Assembly: GCA_951406725.2 (NCBI GenBank) | Contig: OX597818.1 | Coordinates: 47,678,001-47,742,000, forward strand | Length of the DNA stretch: 64,000 nt | Reading direction: 5' to 3' | Source of the DNA: Octopus vulgaris | Lineage: Eukaryota | Shown here: positions 1 to 13,342 of the stretch, piece after piece | Layout: every line of letters starts with the position of its first letter | Position numbering within the stretch: position 1 is the first letter of the stretch | Notes under the pieces: model-generated | Seen by the model: the letters and a program-made list of their open reading frames with translations, nothing else | The model's database searches: none | What the model was told of the DNA's origin: nothing | Program-made: the position numbers and the translations under genes

Positions 1-265
1 CACTGGGTACACAATATGGAATTTCTTCTGTCCATTTTCCTAGAACTTTGGTCTTTGCTAAGTTAACTTCAAGGCCCTTTGATCCCAAGTTTTCCCAAGC
101 CCTGCTGGACTCATACCTTGCTACCATGTCAGCAACTGATAAGCTGTTTGTTCTTGGAGATTTTAATGCAAGAACAACCCCCCACATGGACTATGCACCA
201 AATATGATCTGGCCATGGCTACGAACATCTTTTTCTAGCTTTTTCCAAAGAGGTTTTTACAGCTG
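1..265 (+). mobile_element. LINE AP-endonuclease fragment
   Basis: LFVLGDFNAR motif in a decayed frame. Confidence 0.6.
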
Positions 266-382
266 ATGTCCTCTGTAATTTAAGCAATGTTGGACTACAT
301 ACTTAGCTAATTGTCTTGTGTGTGTGTGTGTGTGCACGTGTGTGCATGTGTGTGTGTGTGCATACATGAAGTTTATATGAAA

Positions 383-705
383 CTAGCACTATGACCCGGC
401 AACGCTAGGTCATAGTGCTAGTGCATGCATATACAGCTGCGTGTGTGCGCATATACACGTGAGTACTGTCCAAATCTCTGACCAATCACATACAGCTAGC
501 TGGCATTCAATTGGCGTATCAAGTTTCGGGCATTTTGATTGGGTTTTGGATAGAAAATTCACAAAAAAGTCACTTTATTGATTTTTTTAATGGCTTTGCG
601 GGGTGACTGGGGAAATGTAAAGATGTGCACGACCACCCTTGGACAGTTTTGAATGACCATAGAAAGTGCGAGCCCTCTAACTGAAAAATTGTGGACTTGT
701 ATAAA

Positions 706-753
<48 letters not shown>

Positions 754-788
754 ACAGACAGACATTTTGCCGTTTATAAATATAGAGA
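383..788 (-). mobile_element. Non-autonomous Helitron (family E, copy 1)
   Basis: On the minus strand: A|TC start, (CTGT)/(GT)n near the 5' end, GC-rich 3' hairpin, CTAG|T end. Five near-identical copies in the window. Confidence 0.8.
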
Positions 789-825
789 TGTGTATATTTA
801 TGACATATTTAACAATTTGTTGTAG

Positions 826-1622
826 GTTCACAAGACTGTGCTAATGGTGGCTAGTCCAACGTTGTTGGCGTTGTGTCAGAATGGACCTTGTGAAGGACAT
901 CTTCAAGTTCAATTACCAATTAATCTCCGTGGCGTGGATGCTCTTCACTGTTTTATAATGTATCTTTATGAAGGACTCCTAAATTTAAATGAAGAGAGTG
1001 TAATGGAGGTGCTTAATATAGCATCTTATCTTCAAGTAGAAACTGTAGTAAAATTTTGTCTCTCTTTCTTGGACTCTGCAAAAGAACAAAACGTTGTACT
1101 TAAAGCTGCTCTCTCCTCTCCATATGACACCTGTTTGTATAAAGTACTTAATGAATCATTATCCAAATCATCAGAATCAACCACTAATAAAAATAGTAAT
1201 TGGGTTTACCAACCTGAAAGTACCAATATCAAAACTAAAATCATCCATAAACCTCTCAGTTTGTCCTCATCAGAAACGAGCATTGTTATTTCCGAACGGA
1301 AAGATAAAAGCTTCTATGTTGAAAATTTAAATTTCAAGGGCAACTCACTTTCCTCTTCTCAGGCTGGAGAAAGTTCTTCATCTAAGAATATTTCTGAAGC
1401 TTCTAATGAAGCCGTCCAAATACAGTATAATATAATCGATGATGAAATCAAACCAAATATAGCACCCCAGAATTCTTCAACTTCTGAAAACTTTGTAGTA
1501 CAAGAAATATCAGAAACATACTCATTTTCACAAAATAACAATCATTCTTCTCCCTCGTCTGATTCTCATTTATTAAAATTAAAAGAAACCAATGATAAAA
1601 TTGACTCAAAATTGCATCATAG
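826..1622 (+). CDS. Internal coding exon of a BTB/POZ zinc-finger transcription factor (C-terminal BTB part plus Ser/Asn-rich linker); upstream exon(s) not found in the window
   Basis: Acceptor ttgttgtag|G at 825/826 opens in frame as VHKTVLMVASP...FIMYLYEG.L.LNEESVMEVLNIASYLQVETVVKFC, which matches the BTB consensus (HkxVLaaxSp...YlYtG...A.yLqv..v...C). Ends at a consensus donor AG|GTAAGT (1622/1623), phase 2. Confidence 0.92.
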
Positions 1623-1682
1623 GTAAGTACACGTTTTCTAAGAAATGACTAGTTTAAATGAATTGTTTTCAGCATTATAATT

Positions 1683-2130
1683 TCAAACCAAAATCAAACC
1701 AAATCAAAATAGATGAACATCAATGGAATTTGTATCTTTGTGGTACCAGTGCCGGTGGCACATAAGAAAACCATCTGAACGTGGCCGTAGCCAGTACCGC
1801 ATCGACTGGCCTCCGTGCTGTGGGCACGTAACAAACACCATCCGATCGTGGCCGTTTGCCAGCCTCGTCTGGCACCTGTGTCGGTGGCACATAAAAAACA
1901 CCATCCGAGCGTGGCCGTTCGCCAGCCTCGTCTGGCACCTGTGTCGGTGGCACATAAAATCACCCACTACACTCTCGGAGTGGTTGGCATTAGGAAGGGC
2001 ATCCAGCTGTAGAAACACTGCCAGATCTGACTGGCCTGGTGCAGCCTTCGGGCTCCCCAGACCCCAGTTGAACCGTCCAACCCATGCTAGCATGGGAAGC
2101 GGACGTTAAACGATGATGATGATGATGATG
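1683..2130 (+). mobile_element. RTE-LINE 3'-end-derived repeat (family D) with (GAT)n tail; other copies at about 9378-9673(-), 10888-11295(-), 13730-13988(+), 19903-20382(-), 33307-33880(+)
   Basis: Repeated GTGCCGGTGGCAC..AAAAGCACC units, GTTGGCRTTAGGAAGGGCATCCAGCTGTAGAAA motif and GGACGTTAAACGATGATG tail. The same 3' sequence ends the RTE fragment at 6550-7915. Confidence 0.8.
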
Positions 2131-3096
2131 AATTTCAGAAGCTGCTGTCATCGTAAATCATAAGTACTCTTCAACCTTTTTGATATCAATCTGCATGAGA
2201 TCGCCCTTAGTTTTTTGATAGACATTTCCTATTTTAAAATGGTCTGCATTAAGGTCTTCCATCAAAATTTTATGTTAATTTTATGTTAATTTATGTTAAT
2301 TTATGCCAACTTCATAATGACAGTTATTTTACTAAATTCGTCATTATTTTCAAAATTAATTGAAACAAAAGTCAGTGAATTTCATCAGAAATATGGCAAT
2401 GAAAGGAGATAAGGAAATAGAAAAAGAAGTACAACTGTCTCTAAGAATAAAATAATTAAAATTCTGATAGTTTGTTAATGCCATGTTGAAAATGATGCCT
2501 CTCTGTTTTTAATATTCATTCAAGCATAAATCGTTCTGATTGAGTTTGAAAGATGAAAATTTGTTTTGGTAAGCATTTAATAAAAAAAAAAAAAAACATT
2601 TGTTCGGAAACCCTTTCCTGTCTCTCTCTGTCGACATCCTTTGTCCATTTTCATAAGGTGTAGTTCATAATGCACCATAAATGATGACATGCAAGATGCA
2701 CTTCTTGTCTAAAAATGAAAGGTTTCAAAAAATCCACCCTGGGTCCTGTATGCAAAGCTAGGTTTCCCATAAGCTAGTTTTGTCTCTGATGCTAGCTACT
2801 ATTGCAGACTTATTTTAATCAAGACAGTCTCTTCTACCTAACCTATCTATTACTTGTTTCAGTCATTAGACAGTGGCCATGCTGGGGCACCACCTTGAAA
2901 AAATTTTAGTTGTATGAATTGATCACAGTTTTTAATTTTTCCATTAAAGCCTTGTACTTATTCTATTGGTCTCTTTTGCGGAACCAATAAGCTATGGGGA
3001 TGTGAGCATATCAGTGCTGTGTTAAGCTGTGATGGGTGACAAAAGACAGATACGTGTGTGTGTGTTTATATATATAGTAATAATAATAAATGTAGC

Positions 3097-3336
3097 CTTT
3101 TAAAGCCTAGCCAGGCTCATGGGCTCAGTTTCCCTGTTTCTATGGCGTATGTGTTCTCCCACTGGACGGGACGCCAGTCCATCGTAGCCCGACTCATTTT
3201 TGCCAGCTGAGTGGACTGGAGCAACGCGAAATGAAGTGTTTTGCTCAAGAACACAACGCATCGCCCAGTCCAAGAATTGAAACCACAATCTTACGATCAT
3301 GATGCCGACACCCTAACCACTAAGCCACGTGCCTTC

Positions 3337-3338
<2 letters not shown>
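3097..3338 (-). mobile_element. tRNA-derived SINE family C; other copies at about 7950-8195(+), 10456-10700(+), 12490-12735(+), 27577-27900(+), 41464-41790(-), 46680-46915(-), 57581-57836(+)
   Basis: Box A-like TGGCTTAGTGG and box B-like GTTCGATTCC. Conserved body GTGTYCTTGAGCAAxACACTT..GTTGCTCCAGTCCACTCAGCTG. Confidence 0.8.
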
Positions 3339-3374
<36 letters not shown>

Positions 3375-3979
3375 CCATGCTAGCATGGAAAGCGGACGCT
3401 AAACGATGATGATGATGATGATGGTCTTCTTTCAGCTTCTGTCTATCACATCCACTCACAAGGCTATAGTGGAAGACACTTGCTCAAAGTGCCACACAGT
3501 GGGACTGAACCCGGAACCATGTGGTTGGGAAGCAAGCTCTTTTACCACACAGCCACACTTGACTCCATATTAATAATATTCAGTTAGAATGACATTTTTA
3601 TTATTACTTGTATTGCTATTAAAACTGAAGTGCTTTTGTAATGTTTTGCAATGTACTGCTAGATTGCTTTAAATATTTACATGTTTTAAGCACTTAAAAC
3701 TTCTTTTCTTGAATATATGCTGCTGAAATTGGGGATGTGTCTAACATGCCCATGCATCTTTTATGCCATCAAATACAGCATTTGATGTTGTGCACTCAAC
3801 AGTGATCAATCTGCTCTACTTTAGCCATTGGTCTCTGTGGCCGTATCATCATTAACTTATATCTTTTACAAAGCTCTTTTAACATGATAACATTTTGTAG
3901 CTTGATTTTTGTGTTTCAGAAATGTGACTAATTGGCCTTTTTATAGTATGTGCAATCAAAATTAATCATTTTAAATATA

Positions 3980-4385
3980 GGCATAGGAGTGGCTGTGTGG
4001 TAAGTAGCTTGCTTACCAGCCACATGGTTCTGGGTTCAGTCCCACTGCATGGCAACTTGGGAAAGTGTCTTCTACTATAGCCTCGGGTCGACCAAAGCCT
4101 TGTGAGTGGATTTGGTAGACAGAAACTGAAAGACGCCCATCATATATATGTATATGTATGTGTGTATGTATATGTTTGTATGTCTGTGTTTGTCCCCCCA
4201 ACATCGCTTGACAACTGATGCTGGTGTGTTTACATCCCTGTCACCGTTAAATGACGGGGACGTAAACTGATAGAATAAGTACTAGGCTTACTAAGAATAA
4301 ATCCTGTAGTCGATTTGCTCCACTAAAGGCGGTGCTCCAGCATGGCTGCAGTCAAATGACTGAAACAAGTAAAGGAGTAAAAGAG
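3980..4385 (+). mobile_element. tRNA-derived SINE family A with internal (TA/TG)n
   Basis: GGAGTGGCTGTGTGGTAAG...GGTTCAGTCCC head and GAAACAAGTAAAAGAG tail. Many copies in the window. Confidence 0.85.
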
Positions 4386-4889
4386 TATAGAATTATATTA
4401 GCTGAGAAAAAAAAAATCTATGCACTTGCAATTAGCCATGTATTATTATTGTTGTTCGTGGAAAATTATGGATATTATGAAAGAGAGTGATGTACATCTT
4501 TTATTTTATTTGTTAGAGTTCCAGTTTGTTGTTCATGCTTTACAGAACAGAACTGTTCCAGTTCAAGTATTGAAAAGTAGCATTTTAATTTCACCATCAT
4601 CATTATTTAACATCGTCTTTTCCATGCTTGCATGAGTGGAATGGAATTTGTTGAAGCTGATCTTCTATAGGCAGATACCCTTCCTCTCATCAACACATGC
4701 CTGTTTCCAATTAAAATGATATTTCCCCAGGGCCAGACATGTTTTCATGGAAGACTGGAAACGAGCAACATCATCATCATCATCATCGTTTAACGTCCGT
4801 TTTCCATGCTGGCATGGGTTGGATGGTTTGATTGCGAGCTGGCAGAAATGTTAGCGGTATTTCATCTGCCGTTATGTTCTGAGTTCAAA

Positions 4890-5085
4890 TTGGCCGACCG
4901 GTTCACGGAACACCTCTGAGACATCCGATTTGGCATTGACACCTTGGTCTCACACCATTTCCTCTCTACCAGTCACTCTTTGCAACACCTGTCCTTGCAC
5001 AGGGGCCATCTGGACTCCCATTTTTGCTGTGAACGGGGATTAATCTTCTCTCTTCACTCCTTTGTGCCACATGGGCTCAACTCTC
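4890..5085 (+). mobile_element. Penelope-like GIY-YIG endonuclease C-terminal fragment
   Basis: Decayed LADRFTEHL.DIR....VSHHF....HSLQHL...E.GLIFSL....PHGLN pattern. Confidence 0.65.
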
Positions 5086-6549
5086 CTCCCCACTTCATCT
5101 AACCTCTCCTCTCACACCTACTTCCTCCCACCCACCTTTCCTTTCTTGCTCGGACTCCTAACTTCTCTTCACTCCTACTCTCCTCTCTTCACTCCTAGCC
5201 ACCTTCTCCATTCCCCCTCTCCCTTCATTGTCACCCCTCCCTCTTAACCCTACCCCTACACAATCTTTTACTGGTTGATGTGCATATACATATATGTATG
5301 TTCATTTGTGCATACATGACATTGCATGGCCATGTGGTTAGGGTGCTGCACTCATGATTGCAAGATCATGGTTTACTCTGTAAATTGATTGGTGTTATGA
5401 AGGGCACCCAGCCATAGAAACCATGCCAAAACAGACAGCACCTGTCAAACCGTCCAACCCATGCCAGCATGGAAAACAGACAATTAATGATAATGATGAT
5501 AGCGAAGCTTTTTTTTTAGTTGTCCTATCTTTTAGTTTTAACTTTACTATACTTTGGATTTCTGAACTTGTGAAAAAAGCTGTTCTTGATTTTCTTTTAT
5601 CAAATTGTTTTAGTCATTTTTTTTTATACCTTTTTACTTTACAGCTTTTTGATAAACACATCCTCTTTTTTTTTCCAGTTTTGTATGTTTTGTCTTATGC
5701 TTAATTCTTTGTAAATTTTATAAATAATTTTAAAAGAAATCCTGAATGGCCATACTTATAATCTTTAAATTCAGCCTTAAACAGGTTAGGGTGCTAGAGA
5801 GTAGTTTGATGTTTCACTTCGTTCATGTATGTTGCATGCTTTCAACTGGCTCCAGTTGTCTGTTTTGGCATGGTTTCTATGGCTGGATGCCCTTCATAAC
5901 ACCAATCAATTTACAGAGTATATAGGCACAGGAGTGGTTGTGTGGATAGTAGCTTGCTTACTAACCACATAATTCCGGGTTCAGTCCCACTGCGTAGCAC
6001 CTTGGGAAAGTGGCTTCTACTATAGCATCGGGCCGATCAAAGCCTTGTGAGTGGATTTGGTAATCCATCCATCTTGATTACTTGCTATTCTTGGGAGGGT
6101 CATGGGAGTAGAGTCCTCAGGCTCCTTCTCTGTAGAGTCCTATCAGATGCAGCTGTCATTAGACCTTCTTGCAGGATTCCCAACCATCCAACCATCTTGT
6201 TCTTGGTCTGTCCCTGGTCACCTTCCAGTTGGCTTAGCTTGAAGAATCTGTCTTTCAGTTCTTTACTGTCACATTCTAATCACATGTCCATAGTACCAGA
6301 GCGGTGACCTGTCTGTGTAGAAACAGCAGCTCGACTTGGAGAGATTCCTTGATCTGTGAGTTATGCTGCACCATGTTGAGTAACATTATTTCAGAGATCC
6401 TTTGGAGGAATGCCATTTCTGCTACTTGCATTCCTGATTATACTCTTTTGGTCATTACTCAACATTCATGAACATAGGTGAGTATTTGGTAGTAGTGGGC
6501 ACTTTAAATTGAGAAGTTGAGCAAAGTCAATGGTATCTAAGGAGCTAGG

Positions 6550-7915
6550 AGTCATCAGGGGTCAAATAAATTGACAGGTCAGAGAGTCAGTCAGAAATTT
6601 TCTCTGTGTGTGTGTGGCATGTGTACAGGTACGATAAACACTGAAAATGTACAGAAAATAGACTCCATCAACTGCCAGAGAGGTAAGCAAGAGGTAGTAA
6701 ATAGCTTCCGTTATCTAGGTGACCAAGTTAGTAGTGGTGGTGGGTGCTCCAAAAGCGTAGCTGTGAGAATAAGATTATGCTGGGCAAAGTTCAGAGAGTT
6801 CCTACCTCTGCTGGCAACAAAGGGCCTCTCCCTCAGAGTGAAAGGCAGATTGTATGATCCCTGTGTGTGAACGGCTATGCTACAGAGCAGTGAAACCTGG
6901 GCTGTGACAGCTGAGGACATGTGTAGGCTTGAAAGAAATGAAGCCAGTATGTTTCGCTGGATGTGCTGTATCAGTGTGCATGTTTGACAGTGTAAGTTGG
7001 GCAGAAGAGGTGTCATATGTGATGTACAAGAGAGACAATTGTGCTGGTATGGTCATGTGATGCATATGGACGAGGTCAGCTGTGTAAAGAGGTGCCGATC
7101 TCTAACTGTGGAGGGAACCTGTAGTAGGAGGTAGATCCAAGATGACATGGGGTGAAGTGGTGAAGCACGAACTTTGAACTTTGGGCCTCACTGAGGCAAT
7201 GACTAGTGATTGAGACCTTTGATGATATGCTGTTGTTGTTGTTAAGCAACAAGACGGGTAAGGGTGATTAGGTGATGGTCTAGGGCTTAGGGGCAGGAGA
7301 CCCCAGACCTTGGAAAAAAAAAAACTTTGGTCGTCTTGTTGTAGTCGAGGGCTCTTCGTTGACGCCCAACACCACTGGGAGGTGGCCCTCAAAGTTGCTG
7401 GAAATGGAGATTTCCAGGTCCAAATTCTTGGATGGCTGATGATATGCTGTGTTTTAGAAGACTCGTCAAGCCAAGTGAAATTGTAGTCGTGGCTGATGCT
7501 GGTGTCACGTAACTAGCATCCATGCCAGTGGCATGTGAAAAGCACCTTTCGAGCATTGGGCTTCACGGAGGAAAGTAGCTGATACTGGTGGCACATTAAA
7601 AACTCCTTTTGAGTGTTGGGCTTCATGGAGGCAATGACTGAGACCTTTGGCATTATGTTGTGCTTGAAAAGCAGCCCCATCAAGCCAAGTGAAATCACAG
7701 TTGTGGCTGATACCGGTGTCATGCAAATGGCACTTGTGCCAGTTGCACGTAAAAGCACTCATTACAACTCTTGGAGTAGTTGGCATTAGGAAGGGCATCC
7801 AGCTATAGAAACCATGCCAAATCAGACCGGAGTCTGGTGCAGCCTTCTAGCTTGTCAGCCCTGGTCAAACCATCCAACTCCTGCCAGCATGGATAATGGA
7901 CATTAAATGATGATG
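6550..7915 (+). mobile_element. 5'-truncated decayed RTE-clade LINE with 3' UTR; related fragments at about 14220-14710, 15840-16280, 21490-22310 and 33890-34200
   Basis: VVNSFRYLG...AVRIRLCWAKFREFLPLL..KGLSLRVKGRLY...ETW, typical of the RTE post-RT region. Followed by the family-D UTR and (GAT)n tail. Confidence 0.8.
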
Positions 7916-10900
7916 ATATATATATATCATTTACCATCCGTTTTCCATGTGGAGGCACGTGGCTTAGTGGTTAGGGTGTCAGCATCATGATTGTAAGATT
8001 GTGGTTTTGATTCCTGGACTGGGAGGTGCGTTGTGTTCTTGAGCAAAACACTTCATTTCACATTGCTCCAGTCCACTCAGCTGGCAAAAACGAGTAACGC
8101 TGCGATGGACTGGCATCCCGTCCAGCTGGGGAACACATACACCATTGAAACCGGGAAACCAGGCCCATGAGCCTGGCTACGCTTTAAAAGGGCGCATTTA
8201 TTATATATTATTTATCCGTTTTCCATGCTGGCATGGCTTGGACAGTTTTACAGGATCTGGCAAGCCACGGGGTTGTACTGAGCCCCAGTCTGTTATATGT
8301 TTTTTACAATTGAATGCCCTTCCTAATGCCACCACCTTACAGTGTGCAGTGAGTATTTTTTTTTTCCCTTGTCAAGCAATGGCATGCAACCTCATTCCTC
8401 ATTGAATTCACCTACTGCAGTTTTCCAGGTCGACCAGAGAGCCATCTCAAGGAGATTGGCACAGCAGCTGAAACCAACTCAAGGTGGTTGTGATTGATTA
8501 GAGATTGCAAGTGGAATCTTTCTGCAGGTGAAGACTAGATCAGTTCTTGCTGCCCTACTCAGGTAATGTGTACAGGCTAAAGGGCAAAACACTTGTGACC
8601 CTGAGATACCTGTTGATGATAGTGAAGGATTACCAGCATTGAGGTGGATTTAGAAGAATTTTCAAAACCTCTGAGTAGCTCCTGCAGTTTCTTATTTCTT
8701 TACTGCCCACAAGAGGCTACACACAGAGGGGACAAACAAGGACAGACAAACGGATTAAGTCAATTATATCGACCCCAGTGTGTAAGTGGTACTTATTTAG
8801 TCGACCCCGAAAAGATGAAAGGCAAAGTCGACCTTGGCGGAATTTGAACTCAGAACGTAGCAGCAGACGGAATACTGCTAAGCATTTCACCTGGTGTGCT
8901 AACGTTTCTGCCAGCTTGCCACAGTTTCTACATGAGCAAAGCCTCTCTGATGTTACTTCACCCGAAGAAAGGATTGCCTCCCTTATACTAACTGTAACCA
9001 GTAGATAAAAGATGTACAAAATTGCTTTATCATCACCGAAATACCAACATTTGGAGAGAGCATACACATATACAAATATTATTTTGATGCCAAAATTCCA
9101 TCAGATTTTACATTTGTGATCATCTTGTTACTGAAGATCATAAATATGGCACTAGTGGTTGTATCTTATCTTCCAACCTCAAAATAAAAACTATAAATTG
9201 AGTACCTTTTTCTCCAGTTTGTAAATACAAGCATTTAAAGAATTATTCACACGTGTCTCTATTTTTATATGTAAACCCATTTGTCTGTATATTTGTATAT
9301 TTGATGAAGATGGAGAGCAAGCAGAATCATTAGCATGTCAGACAAAATGCTTAGCAGCATTTCTTCTGTTTTTACATTCATCATCATCATCGTTTAACAT
9401 CCGCTTTCCATGCTAGCATGGGTTGGACGGTTCGACTGGGGTCTGGGAAGCCAGGAGGCTGCATCAGGCCCAGTCTGATCTGGCAGTGTTTCTACAGCTG
9501 GATGCCCTTCCTAACACCAACCACTCCGTGAGTGTATTGGGTACTTTTTACGTGCCACCGGCACAGGTGCTAGGTGAGGCTGACAATGGCCACGATAGGT
9601 TGGTGCTTTTTATGTGCCACCTGCATGGAGGCCAGTCGAGGCGGCGCTGGCAACGGCCACGTTCGGATGGTTCATTCTGAGTTATAATTTTGTTGAGTTC
9701 AGCATTGCCTTTCATCCTTTCAGGGTCGATGAAATAAGTACCAGTCATTCACTGGGGTTGATGTAATTGACTAGCTCCCTCCCACCAAATTTCAGGCCTT
9801 TGCTTATAATAAGATATTTGTATATTTGATTACTAGTTTTACTCTCATGGTGAAGAATGGTGGAAATAATTTATAGGAATTGACTCTGATTTCTTTGTCC
9901 TTCCAGACTGGATGACACTTGTATTGGTTGTATTCTGAAGTTTGTATTACAAATGAAAATATTACTTGGATTCATGACTCTTATCCTTTCTACCATGTGC
10001 ACAAAGCCTGAAATTTGGGGGTGGGGGCTAGTCAGTTACATCAACCCAGTGTTCAACTGGTATTTATTTCATTGACCCTGAAAGAATGAAAGGCAAAGTT
10101 GAACTTGGCAAAATTTTTAACTGTTAAGTGGGGTTTCAGCTATTTCAACATTTGACCCCTCACCCAGATGATCCAGCCAGGGTTGATCATATCCCAGTAT
10201 GCAACGCTGTAGCAGCTAACCACTGGTCTGTCCCCTTTATTCAGATCCATCTAGGGGCCGCCCTCTCTGCACATTTTTGTGGTTGAATCTGTGTTCTTCC
10301 TCTTTGCTAGACCTGTAACTCCAAGTTCAGCCAGAGCTTTGCAGAGTAAATTCCTCACCAAATATTGCAATTTTTTTTTTTTGCCTTAGTTGTTTCTCAT
10401 TTGTAATCTTAAAACAGTTCTTTCTACTTCTTAAGGGTACATATGTGGACTAGTGAAGGTATGCGGCCTAGTGGTCACGGTATTGGACTCATGATTATAA
10501 GATTGTGGTTTTGATTCCTGGAGCAGGCAATACATTATGTTCTTGAGCAAACCACTTCATTTCATATTGCTCTGGTCCACTCAGCTGGCAAAAATGAGTA
10601 ATCCTGCTATGGACTGGTGTCCTGTCCAGAGATGAATATAAAATCCACATAAACTGGGCAACTGGCCTTAAGAGTCTAGATGACTTGGAAGGAGTTTTAT
10701 ATATGAGGACTATAAACGGAATCTTGGAGTTACTATGATATTTCCTCTCACAAACCTAATTGGTATTATCTCACACCCTATGAGCCGCAGAAGAATGCTT
10801 CTAAGTGTTTGCTCAACTTGTTGGAAATAGCACCCAAATCTCTCTTAATTCACACTCTACCATCTTAAAAAGAAAAGAAGGACATTGTCATCATCATCAT

Positions 10901-11672
10901 CATCATCGTTTAACGTCCGCTTTCCATGCTAGCATGGGTTGGACGATTTTGACTGAGGGCTGGCGAACCAGCTGGCTGCACCAGGCTCCAATCTTGATCT
11001 GGCAGAGTTTCTACAGCTGGATGCCCTTCTTAACGCCAACCACTCCGAGAGTGTAGTGAGTGCTTTTTACGTGCCACCGGCAGTGCGGCCAGTCAGGCGG
11101 TACTGGCAACGACCTCGCTCGAATCTTTTTACACATGTCACCAGCACAGGTGCCAGTAAGGCGATGTTGGTAACGATCACGCTCGAATGGTGTTTTTTAT
11201 GTGCCACTTGCACAGAAGCCAGTTGGCTGCTCTGGTGACGATCATGCGCGGATGGTGCTCTTGGCACCCTACTAGCACGGGCACAAGTGCCAATGTTGGA
11301 CTACATTGCATAAATATAATGTCTGGGAATAAGACAGGATAGTCTTCACAGGAGTGCCATTGATCATAGGTCAACCTGATCAGGACAACCCTGGGGCTAA
11401 ACAATAACAACAGCAACAACCACAACTTGTCTCTCTGCTACCAGTAATACTCAGTTTCTCTTGCAGTTTCAACACTTCCTTCTGTTTATATTTATCTTCT
11501 TTACACAGTATTTCCGCCTTACTTCAAACTTAAAACAACTGTTTGCCTACACACTACTGCTGCTACTGCTCCTGCTGCTACCTCTTTCCTTGTTTCCACT
11601 TTAACATCAACAAAGCTGAAACTGATGAGTTCAATAAAAGAATCTGGTGCTATGAATTGATAATCTTTCATA

Positions 11673-12163
11673 CTCTTTTCACTCTTTTACTTGTTTCAGT
11701 CATTTGACTGCGGCCATGCTGGAGCACTGCCTTTAGTCGAGCAAATCGACCCCAGGACTTATTCTTTGTAAGCCTAGTACTTATTCTATCAGTCTCTTTT
11801 GCTGAACTGCTAAGTTACAGGGATGTAAACACACCAGCATCGGTTGTCAAGTGATGTTGGGGGGGACAAATACAAATACACAAACATACACACACATGTA
11901 CATATATGTATATATATATACATATATATATATATGTATATATATATACATACACACACACACAAACATATACACACATATATGTATGTATACATATATA
12001 CAACAGGCCTCTTTCAGTTTCTGTCTACCAAATCCACTCACAAGGTTTTGGTCGGCCCGAGGCTATAGTAGAAGACACTTTCCCAAGGTGCCACACAGTG
12101 GGACTGAACCTGGAACCATGTGGTTGGTAAGCAAACTACTTACCACACAGCCACTCCTACGCC
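11673..12163 (-). mobile_element. SINE family A
   Basis: Full-length reverse copy. Confidence 0.85.
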
Positions 12164-12830
12164 TTTATGTATCTTCACACCGTTACCATATTTAGTGTGT
12201 ACAACACAGGCTCAGTATTTTATCATCATCATCATAATTTAATATCAGTGTTCTTTGTTGACATGGGTTGGGCAGTTCGACAGGATTTGCCTAGCTTGAG
12301 GGTTGTGTTGGTCTCCAATGTCTGCTTTGGCAAGGTTTCTACAGCTTGGTGCCCTTCCAAATTCCAGTCTTTACAAAGATCACTGGGTGCTTTTTTTTTT
12401 GTTTTGACACTATCATATATCTATGGTTTTATTGCATAATTTGTTGTAGTGCATATTGGATTTCGTCTTATGGCTAACTCCCTTTTCCAGGAGACACACG
12501 ACTTAGTGTTTAGGGGATTGTACTCATAATCGTAAAAATGTGATTTCAATTCCTGTTACAGGGCAATGTGCTGTGTTCTTGAGCGAAACACTTCATTTCA
12601 TGTTGCTCCAGTCCATTCAGTTAATGAAAATGAGTATTCCTGTAACAAACCAATGTCTCATCCAGATGGGGGGAATATATGTCACAGAATGCAGGAAACT
12701 GACTTTATGAGACTTTGACTTAGGAAGGAACTTTTTTGATACTCTGATCTTTTATAGAATAAATCATTGTGATAGAATGATTATGATTTTTGTTGAACTT
12801 CCACTGCTAAGATTGTCTTCTATATATCTA

Positions 12831-13342
12831 CTGTAAATCCTCGAGTATAGCCTGCCCTTGAGTATAATACGCAAGGGATTTTTAGGGGGCTGTACCTCTG
12901 ACAAACCTAAACCTTGTGCATAATATGCACCCCTTCTCTAACTTGAGTCAAGGAGGTCTATTTAACGTGCTTGGTTTGTAAAAATGTATACGGTAATGTC
13001 CTTCATTATTATTATAGATATAACGTAATGCAAACATAACATTTTTGTGCATTTTGTTTGCAGAAAATAAAGAAATAACTGTAATAATGTTTAATAAATG
13101 TTGCTTACTGCAAGTTATGGATGATTCTTTTATGACTTCATTGCTTTCAGGCTTAGCTTAAGGTATTTTCGTGCCCGACATCACAAAATGCGTCTGAATA
13201 AACTTTGCCGGACAGCAAATAGAGACTCGGACATTGCTTAGAAAATAATTTTCATTTTTAACCTTGTATATAATACGCACTAGGGATTTTGACCTTTAAA
13301 TTTTGGGAAGAAAAAATGCGGATTATACTTGAGGATTTACAG
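12831..13342 (+). mobile_element. pogo/Tc2-like MITE; copies at 23506-23994(-) and 42491-43007(+)
   Basis: TIR C(C/T)GTAAATCCTCGAGTATA flanked by TA. Three homologous ~500-bp copies. Confidence 0.8.
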
